Part shown: piece by piece, positions 9,801 through 16,225 of the stretch
How positions within the stretch are numbered: the stretch's first letter is position 1
Layout: each line of letters begins with the position of its first letter
Assembly (NCBI GenBank): GCA_031367385.1
Contig: JANLPS010000542.1
Span: 1-30,632, forward strand
Source: Archangium sp.
GTDB lineage: Bacteria; Myxococcota; Myxococcia; Myxococcales; Myxococcaceae
Direction of reading: 5' to 3'
Length of the DNA stretch: 30,632 nt
Program-made: the position numbers and the translations under genes
Notes under the pieces: generated by a model
Told to the model about the DNA's origin: nothing
The model's database searches: none
The model's input: only the letters and a program-made list of their open reading frames with translations

Positions 9801-11168
9801 GGGGTCGGTGATGCGCAAGAACCGGGGCTGCGAGCCCTCTTCGCGCAGGCGCACGAAGACCGACACCAAGCCGTCAATCAGGCCATTCTCGAGACCTCCG
9901 CCGAATTGGAGCTCGCGGACGAGGTCGGTGATCAGCGGGTCTTTGGCCTCGATGCGCCGCAGCACCTCGCGCTCGATGACGCCTTGGAGCAACGCGCGGG
10001 CCTCGCGTTCGTCGAGCAGGGCGAAGCCCGGGTTGACTCCGCTGCCGGCTGGAGCGCGTCGCAACAGGTGCGTGCACAGCGAATGAAACGTGCCGATGGT
10101 GGCGGCGCCAAGGTCGTCGCGAATGCGTCGCCAGAACCGGGCGGGGGGCATGGGAGCGCCCAGGGCCTCGAACGAGGCGAGCAGCTCGGGCTCGTTGGTT
10201 TGACCATCGGCGAGCGCATCGAGGCGTCGACGCAGACGCTCGCGCATCTCGGCGGCGGCCTTGTCGGTGAAGGTGAGCAGGCCCAACCGCTCTGGCGCGA
10301 TTGGCTCGGCCTCGGCCCGCGCGCCGCCGAGCAGGTGCAGGCACATGGTGACGAGGCTGTAGGTTTTGCCCGTGCCCGCCCCGGCGAGGAGGGCGAGGTT
10401 TCGCTCGAGTCGCAAGGCCTCAGGCAGCGCGAGCGACTCGGGAGCGGGCTCTTCGCGCACCAGCCTCAACCGAGCTGGCGCGGGTGACGGAGCCTCGGCC
10501 TCGAGCGAGGCTTTGATGAGCGCGACCTGCGCCGAGCTGATCGGTGCGGCGAGCTCAGGCGCGAGTTCGTCGTCAACGTCTTCGGCGGCGACAGGGCTGG
10601 CCAAGGTGGCGGTGATCAACGCAACCTGAGCCGACACAGGGGGGTCATCGCGTACTGGCTCGGCGGGTGGTGAGCGCTGCCGGCCTAGGGCGCCGCGAGC
10701 GGTCGGCTCGGTCGTGAGTGCGACGGGCTGCCGTTCAGAAATGCCACGCGTCGTCGCGGAGCCGGGCCCTGTCGTCAGCGCGACGGGTTCTCGACCCAAA
10801 GCGTCGCGCGGCGGGGTGCCCGGCTCGTGCGTAAGTGCGACGGGCTCTCGACCAGCATCGCCGCGCGTCGTCGCGGTGACCGGCCCGGTGGTGAGTACGA
10901 CTGGCTCCCGTTCAGAAACGGCACGCGTCGTCTTGGGCGCGGGCTCGATGGTCTGCGAGACAGCCTCCCCGCCCGCTGCTTCAGCCCGGCCGTGTGCGCG
11001 CTCTGCCGGTACACCGAGAGCGCCGACGGCACGCGAATCAGCTGGTCGCGTCGAAGTCGGCCCCCCAACGCCCACGTGCGCGTCGACCGCTCCAAGGTGT
11101 GCGGGCGACGGTTCGGCGAAGTCGAACCCCAGCTGCCCCTGGTCTCGCGACTTGACGGGCTTCTTCAC
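6882..11168 (-). CDS. addA: AddA-like SF1 (UvrD) helicase with C-terminal PD-(D/E)XK nuclease and a long N-terminal extension
   Basis: Walker A AGAGTGKT, LTFTDKAA, IGTFHS, LVDEFQDTN, VGDRKQGIYEFRGAD, TVHQAKGLEW, RLLYVAMTRARD; nuclease GQIDLV...VLDYKT. Start placed at GTG 11168, overlapping the addB stop (GTGA); the start is uncertain. Confidence 0.88.
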   Translation of the reverse strand: MKKPVKSRDQGQLGFDFAEPSPAHLGAVDAHVGVGGPTSTRPADSRAVGALGVPAERAHGRAEAAGGEAVSQTIEPAPKTTRAVSEREPVVLTTGPVTATTRGDAGREPVALTHEPGTPPRDALGREPVALTTGPGSATTRGISERQPVALTTEPTARGALGRQRSPPAEPVRDDPPVSAQVALITATLASPVAAEDVDDELAPELAAPISSAQVALIKASLEAEAPSPAPARLRLVREEPAPESLALPEALRLERNLALLAGAGTGKTYSLVTMCLHLLGGARAEAEPIAPERLGLLTFTDKAAAEMRERLRRRLDALADGQTNEPELLASFEALGAPMPPARFWRRIRDDLGAATIGTFHSLCTHLLRRAPAGSGVNPGFALLDEREARALLQGVIEREVLRRIEAKDPLITDLVRELQFGGGLENGLIDGLVSVFVRLREEGSQPRFLRITDPIAARREFERTLAEVQALTRDGIQRAYAKKPKENDKARAFAALLNSTSFESYPTDAAVLQELSGALKNISELREARTFVSDVKDSANPRRLDWLHAAVGLAPYEAAIRDLLGEVMRLHEQALKARGVLDFTGMLLQARNLLRDVPTARLEAQTRFGALLVDEFQDTNRVQLELVMFLAEKRQGAPRPISESLESASQEVLELPLQRAFLAVVGDRKQGIYEFRGADVTVFEEMARRIEASGGGRAWLQTSWRSSPALVASLNTLMLRVLAKEKFEGAPRAFEVVYTEQDHLQAQRGHVEGTPIVRLTATLPEKPDAATLREFDADAVARFVRQRLSEGTVRGADIAMLFQRLTQLETYRLALVRHGVRHRVVRGRGFFGAQEVVDLACWLKLLATPGDALALATVLRSPLVGLRDASLVRLAQPTRGLDAHRVLLDATIDLTGLSPDEVTRFERFRTLFATLLRERDRLGLRALVRVTLDTLEVREALAAGPFGEQALANVEKLLELATTRQNAGIGAGAFAQELLQLAQREPREAQGDVLDAYDPEAVTLCTVHQAKGLEWPIVVLPELFAARRNERELIWFDRNEGLAIRPFGMPESITGAAREKAISSVRNRRAFAENLRLLYVAMTRARDQVVLGLMAPKVGDKLKHWADVLQNDSWNDVTDVQVDSLPEGAPPVDPLTAPASATEQVRQIIERVRQGPSTRPVEAVLPVTQLQDFVSCPRRFHFAHQVGLAERPRSFVADEEPGTREGAGGPVDVRARGTAAHRLLELTPLDAVGSDQLMAVLRDLRRAEDLPDDVDESVLRWVHGFWASPAGRRIASLGESRVHRELPFVLPLRSPSGDFTLHLRGQIDLVIDGPEGLEVLDYKTSRAPPAGLGSYAFQLGCYAVAAAALLADERPVRAGLVFLRDDDPRPHFLPSVVDAATLRSGLVAEARALTTSQITRVFEGRPLETCRALGCGYVYRCHPDAA
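10705..10935 (-). repeat. In-frame tandem repeat, 57-60 bp, 4 copies (R[EQ]PV[AV]LT[TH][GE]P)
   Basis: Related anchors (GTGAGTGCGACGGG-like) at 10714, 10774, 10831 and 10891. Confidence 0.9.
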
Positions 11169-14100
11169 GGCTCGCCCGCCAGGCGCCGCGTCGAAATACG
11201 ACACACCGATTGGTAGTCGCAGTACCCGCAATCAATCGGCCGCGCACCGAAGTCACCCCGGCGCCGCCGTGCAAGCACGCCATGCACTGCGTTCGCCACG
11301 TTTGGCCGCCCGTGCGCCTTCATCTCGAGCCGAGTCGCCGAGTCCATCGACAGGAGCTCGGCGGTGGTGACCCGGGCCTTGAACAAAATCTCTCGCAGCG
11401 ACGTCGCCTCGTGGTCGCGCAGGCCGACCCAAGCCGCGTCAACCTCATGGCCCGGGTACCCCTGCTGCACCGCCAGCGCGTACAGCGGCAACTGAAAATC
11501 AGGGTTGAACAGCGCATCGCCGCGCTGCCTCGAGGTCTGCTTGCCGCTCTTGTAGTCGACGACGCCCGCGACCTTCTCACCCACATCGAGGCGATCGATT
11601 TTGCCCGTCACGTACACGTCGGTCTCGCCCTCGAACGCTGCCCTGATCGCCACCTGTTGCAAATTCGCGGGAGACCCCAGCCTTCCGAACTCCGTCTCGA
11701 CCAACTCAGGCAGCGCGCCCTCAATCGGCAAGACCAGCTGGGAGCCGAAGTACCCGTGAATCACCTGCGCCGCACGGGCCTTGGCGATCTCCCACAGCTG
11801 GGGGTGCCCCGTACCGCGTTCGCGTTCGATGACCTCGCTCGCACGCGCGACGGCCTTCGCGAGCGCAGGCTGCAGCTGCTCGTCGGAGATCGCCTTGCCC
11901 AGCAACCCGGCCTGCCGCAATGCCGGCACCAGCTCGCGCAAAATCTCATGCAAGAATGAACCGCGCCCCGACGAGTCGAGGTCTTCACCTTGCGAGTTGC
12001 TCCGGCGCAGGTTCAGCACCCGCTTGGCCAGGCCCTGAAACCCGCAGTTCGCCCACTCCTTGAGCTCGGCGGCGCTGACGGGGTGGTCGACGCCGTAGGT
12101 GAGGCTCCGCGTGACCCCTTCGAGGCCCTCGTCGAGTGGCAGCTGCCCGCTGAACGCCCCGGCGTGCGCCTCGTCAGACGAAAAATACCGCAGCCGCTCG
12201 GTCTCGGCCTCACCTCGGGCCCGCGCCGCCGACAACCACGGCTCATTCACGAGCGCCTGCGCCAAGGCCTCACGCCGGCCATCGCGCGCCGTCTGGCGGG
12301 TCTGGGCGGGGCCGGCGACTTCGAGCGCGGCACGAACCCGAAGGTCGGCTTCAGACGCCACTGAATCGAGCCCAGGCACCGATGTGCGCGGCACGTCTTC
12401 GACCCGAAACCCCTCGACCGCGCGCCCCAGCGCGTCGAAGAACGGAGACGCCAGGGCCGCCCGCCCCGACGCATCGAACCGCGCGCGGCTCAGCACGACC
12501 CGCTCGGTCGCCGCGCTCAGCACGTGGTGAAACAGCAGCCGGTCTTCGGCCAGGCGCAGGGGCAACCCGAAGTCACCCTCGGCGACCCCAAGCCGAAACA
12601 GCGGCTGCTTCGCGAGCGCGTTGAGGCTCTTGCGCTGGTCTTCTCCAAGCAACGGCAGCGGAGGCGCCCGGCCAGGGAAACGCCCGTCGATCAGGCCTCC
12701 CAAGAAGACGAGCTCGAACTGCCGGCCCGCGAGCTCACGGGCATCGAGCAACCACACCGCGCCGGTACGAGCCCCTCGAGCGCTCAAGTTCACCTCGGCG
12801 GCGAGCGTGGTGAGCCAGTGCGCAAAGGCGCTCCGATCGACCTCGACCTGCGCGAGACCCGACTGATCAAGCGCTTCGCTCAGCCGGCCCTTGAGCTCAC
12901 GCAGCGCGTCTGCCGCGGCCTGATCTCGGGCCAAGGCGCGGTCGATCTCGCGACTCAAGAACGTCCCCACTCCGCGGGGTTCACGGTCATCGAGCGCGTG
13001 AAACACGCCAGTGCCTTCGACGGCCCGCCACCACGCGTCGAGCATCACCCGAAATCGCGCCCGCTTCGGTATCTCGCTCGCGAGCCGAATCAACGCCCGG
13101 GCCGCCGTGGCGACACTCCGCATTGAGCTCAGCGACTTCTCGGCCTCAGCCCGCCGAGGCCCCGGCCCCAACACCTCGAGCTGCCCCTGCAACCGCACTT
13201 CGAGCGCATCGAGGCGCACCGCGTACGCCCCCTTCGAAGGCGAGCGACCCAGCGCATCGTCGCGAATGCCTGCCTCGGCGAGCCACCTCGCTGCATCGGC
13301 GGTGCATGCGATTGGCCCGCGCGCGTAGCGAGACGAGACCCACCCCACCACCTCGCTCGCTGGAAATTCATCTTCGACCAGCGAGAGCACCGAAAACGCC
13401 AATCGGCCGACGCCGCTCACGGTCAGCGGCACTCCGAGCCGAGCCCGCAGGGGTATGTCGAGTGCATCGAACGCCTCGAGCACGGTCTCACTGTCTGCCG
13501 CGAGGTCTCGGTAGACCACCGCTATCTGCTCGGGGGCCGTGCCTGCCTGCAGCAGTCGCTTGATACGCCGCGCCATCTCGCCCGCTTCGTCTCGGCCCGA
13601 CGACGCGCTGAAGGCCTCGAGCGAAGGCGCTTCGGCTCGCCGGGGTTCTTGCGCGAACACCTGCTCGGCGACCCACTCGAGCGGCGTGCCGGCGCGGTGC
13701 AGCTGCAAGTCATGGGGGTCGAGCTCCCAGCGGTGCTCGATGTGCCGAATGGCCTGCGAGACGAAGATGTCGACCTCATCGCGCCCCACGCCGGGCCAGG
13801 TGAGCACGAAGCGAACGCCCTTCTTGCGGCAGGCCTTCGCGAGCGCCTCGAGAAACGACAACCGCGCGGGAAAAAGGTCGTGCACGAAGGCCACTTCGAT
13901 TTCGTCGAACCCGAACAGCCTGGGCGGCAGGCCCTCTTTGAGCAGTCGACCCGTGGCCACCGTCAACACCTCGGCGCCATCGAGCAGCCCGTTCGAGAGC
14001 AGTGCCTGATCGACCGCCTCCCACAGCGCGGCGATGGCGAAGCCCCGGCTCTGCACCGTGCCCTCACCCCGCCCCGCCGCGTCGCGCAGCAGCTGCACCG

Positions 14101-14404
14101 TCACGTTCTGCGACTTCAAGTGCGAGATGACCTCGCTGGCGGCGCGGGCAAAGTCAGGGGCGCTGGCGAAGTCGCCAAAGGCTTCGGTCGCCAACTGCGG
14201 CGCCACCCGGGTGAGCACCGATTGCACCACGAAGGGCGAGGCCGGAGCGCGGCCGACGAAACGGGCGGGCTCGCAGCGGTCAACCAACTGGGCAAACGTG
14301 CAAGCAAAGCGCGCATCGACCAACCGCCCGGCCCGGCTGGCCTCGACCAGCGCCTGCTCGACGCGATCTGAATCGGGGAAAACGCGGAGCCGTCGGGCAC
14401 TCAT
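11165..14404 (-). CDS. addB: AddB-like protein: inactive helicase-like domain plus PD-(D/E)XK nuclease with Fe-S cysteines
   Basis: PEQIAVVYRD, FELVFLGGLIDGRFP, EDRLLFHHVLSAA; nuclease GKIDRLD...VVDYKSG; Cys in WANCGFQ and C-terminal CGYCDYQSVCR; no intact Walker A; immediately upstream of addA. Confidence 0.85.
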   Translation of the reverse strand: MSARRLRVFPDSDRVEQALVEASRAGRLVDARFACTFAQLVDRCEPARFVGRAPASPFVVQSVLTRVAPQLATEAFGDFASAPDFARAASEVISHLKSQNVTVQLLRDAAGRGEGTVQSRGFAIAALWEAVDQALLSNGLLDGAEVLTVATGRLLKEGLPPRLFGFDEIEVAFVHDLFPARLSFLEALAKACRKKGVRFVLTWPGVGRDEVDIFVSQAIRHIEHRWELDPHDLQLHRAGTPLEWVAEQVFAQEPRRAEAPSLEAFSASSGRDEAGEMARRIKRLLQAGTAPEQIAVVYRDLAADSETVLEAFDALDIPLRARLGVPLTVSGVGRLAFSVLSLVEDEFPASEVVGWVSSRYARGPIACTADAARWLAEAGIRDDALGRSPSKGAYAVRLDALEVRLQGQLEVLGPGPRRAEAEKSLSSMRSVATAARALIRLASEIPKRARFRVMLDAWWRAVEGTGVFHALDDREPRGVGTFLSREIDRALARDQAAADALRELKGRLSEALDQSGLAQVEVDRSAFAHWLTTLAAEVNLSARGARTGAVWLLDARELAGRQFELVFLGGLIDGRFPGRAPPLPLLGEDQRKSLNALAKQPLFRLGVAEGDFGLPLRLAEDRLLFHHVLSAATERVVLSRARFDASGRAALASPFFDALGRAVEGFRVEDVPRTSVPGLDSVASEADLRVRAALEVAGPAQTRQTARDGRREALAQALVNEPWLSAARARGEAETERLRYFSSDEAHAGAFSGQLPLDEGLEGVTRSLTYGVDHPVSAAELKEWANCGFQGLAKRVLNLRRSNSQGEDLDSSGRGSFLHEILRELVPALRQAGLLGKAISDEQLQPALAKAVARASEVIERERGTGHPQLWEIAKARAAQVIHGYFGSQLVLPIEGALPELVETEFGRLGSPANLQQVAIRAAFEGETDVYVTGKIDRLDVGEKVAGVVDYKSGKQTSRQRGDALFNPDFQLPLYALAVQQGYPGHEVDAAWVGLRDHEATSLREILFKARVTTAELLSMDSATRLEMKAHGRPNVANAVHGVLARRRRGDFGARPIDCGYCDYQSVCRISTRRLAGEP

Positions 14405-14508
14405 GGCGGCGCCACCCTACAGCATGGGTCTGACACCCATGACAACGCTCGCAAGAACGCTCGCAAGAACGGTGAGGGCACCACGGTTCCGTGCTAGGGC
14501 GCTCTGCC

Positions 14509-15024
14509 GTGAGTCTCTCCCGCCGCCTCGTCGTCTTCGCCGTGGTCGCCACCGTCTCGACGGCGATCGACCAGGTCACCAAGGTCATCGCGACCGACGC
14601 GCTCAAAGGCCGGCCGGTCGATTCATTCTTGGGCGACCTGTTTCGGTTGCAATACGCGACCAACGACGGCGCCTTCTTGTCACTCGGTTCGTCACTGCCG
14701 ACCGCCGCGCGCTTCATGGTGCTCACCGTCGGCGTGGGCCTGTTGCTGCTGGCGATCGCCCTTTATTCTCTCTTCGGCAAGAACCTCGACTCGATGCAGG
14801 TCGCCGGCTACGCGTTGATCGTCTCCGGAGGCGCCAGCAACTGGGTCGACCGCGCCCGCTTTGGCGGCCTGGTGGTCGACTTCATGAACATGGGCATCGG
14901 CCGGCTCCGCACTGGCATCTTCAACGTGGCCGACCTCGCGATTCTGGCCGGCATCGGCGTGCTGATGGTGCATGGCTATCGCACCGAGCGAATGCTCAAG
15001 GCGCAGAAGCAGGCAACGGTCTGA
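14509..15024 (+). CDS. lspA: Lipoprotein signal peptidase II
   Basis: DQVTK, NDGAFLS, GGASNWVDR, VVDF and FNVAD motifs; four hydrophobic segments. Start could be GTG 14491 or 14509. Confidence 0.95.
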   Translation: MSLSRRLVVFAVVATVSTAIDQVTKVIATDALKGRPVDSFLGDLFRLQYATNDGAFLSLGSSLPTAARFMVLTVGVGLLLLAIALYSLFGKNLDSMQVAGYALIVSGGASNWVDRARFGGLVVDFMNMGIGRLRTGIFNVADLAILAGIGVLMVHGYRTERMLKAQKQATV

Positions 15025-15072
15025 CGCGCACACGCACGCACACCGAATGACGCGGGTGGTCGTGCAGCTCAC

Positions 15073-15987
15073 TTGAATCTCGCCGTGATTTTCTCGAGGC
15101 TTTCAGCCGTGTTGAAAACGGCGGGGGTGCTGACTGCGGCGTTGTTGATCTCAACCCCTGCGTGGGCATCGTCACTGCTGGTGGTCTGTGCAGACGAAGC
15201 CTCGAGAAACCTCAAAGACGACATCACCGAATTGCTCTCGGCCTCAGCGTCGAAGATCACGGTGAAGGTGGCGGGCCCGAAGGCGCCAGCGACCGCGTGT
15301 CTCTCGGTCGCGGCCGCGCGACGCCATGAATGTTTCGCGACCGCGGGAGGCGCCGCCAACGTCGAGGCGCTGCTGCTGGTGAGCACCGTGGCCAAAGCCG
15401 GCGCGCTGGTGGTGACCTTCGAAGTGCTCGCGGCAAGTGATGGCAAGCCGCAGCGCCGAGAGCTGATCAAGACCTCGGCCGCCAAGTTCAAGATCAATGC
15501 AGGCCCGGTGCTCAAGCGCGTGGTGGCGCCGATCGCCTCGAAGAAGAAAGCGCCCGAAGGCGTCGTCGCCGCGCCAGTCAGACGGCCGGCGCGCGTCGAG
15601 CCCGAGCCGGCCCCGGTGCCCGGCGTCGAGCCGGCTCCGATCGCCAGGGCTGACCGACCGACCGCCACGCAGCTCGAGCCCCGCACGTACGACTCGACCG
15701 CGGAGCTGGTCGCGACTCCGGTCAAGCCGAGCTCGTCACACGCCGGGGCATGGGTCGCGACCGGCACTGCCGTCGCCGCCGCCGCGGTCGCCGGTACCTT
15801 CGGGGGGCTTGGGCTCTCGAACCGCGCGCAGCTGACCCGCAGCACCGATGGCGTCTCGCCGCTCAGCTACTCGCAAGCGCAGGCGCTGCAGCGAACGAGC
15901 AACCTGCAGCTGACCATCGGTCTGAGCGCGGCCATCGCGGCGGGCGTCTCGGGCACGCTCGCGGCGATTCTCTGGAGTCGCAACTAG
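15073..15987 (+). CDS. Exported protein: signal peptide, alpha/beta domain with a Cys pair, Pro-rich linker and C-terminal hydrophobic helical hairpin
   Basis: AALLISTPAWA signal; C-x10-C then VEALLLVSTVAKAGALVVTFEVL; PEPAPVPGVEPAP linker; two Ala/Gly-rich hydrophobic helices at the end. The true start may be slightly downstream (15112 or 15127). Confidence 0.75.
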   Translation: MNLAVIFSRLSAVLKTAGVLTAALLISTPAWASSLLVVCADEASRNLKDDITELLSASASKITVKVAGPKAPATACLSVAAARRHECFATAGGAANVEALLLVSTVAKAGALVVTFEVLAASDGKPQRRELIKTSAAKFKINAGPVLKRVVAPIASKKKAPEGVVAAPVRRPARVEPEPAPVPGVEPAPIARADRPTATQLEPRTYDSTAELVATPVKPSSSHAGAWVATGTAVAAAAVAGTFGGLGLSNRAQLTRSTDGVSPLSYSQAQALQRTSNLQLTIGLSAAIAAGVSGTLAAILWSRN

Positions 15988-16225
15988 ATGACTCGGCTCC
16001 CGCTCGTCACGCGTTCACCCCAAGGCGCCGGGTCGCACAACCGCTCGGCGGGTTCTCAGAGCCGCGCTTCGATGACTCGGCTCTCGCTCGACCTCGTACT
16101 CACCGCAGGGCACCAATTCGCTCAACTCCCGGCGCAACCCCTTCGGAGCCGCACTTCAATGACTCGGCTCACACTCGCAGCGCTCGGTCTCGTTCTCACT
16201 GCCGGCTGCCAGTGCGCCCAGCTGC
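15962..16225 (+). repeat. Degenerate triplication (84 and 87 bp spacing) of a gene junction: upstream gene end, RBS, ATG and signal peptide
   Basis: ATGACTCGGCTC at 15988, 16072 and 16159, each preceded by (G/A)GAG(T/C)CGC-N6. Confidence 0.92.

Noticed and set aside
11169..11231. AddA start at 11231
   Set aside because: It would overlap the Cys-containing end of addB by 67 bp; GTG 11168 gives a typical 4-bp overlap.
6882..14404. Helicase-nuclease pair as an anti-phage defence system or Cas4 locus
   Set aside because: Order, size and motifs fit housekeeping addB-addA next to purA, with no defence-island context.
14509..15024. lspA as a self-resistance gene of an antibiotic biosynthetic cluster
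   Set aside because: No PKS, NRPS or other biosynthetic genes are in the window.
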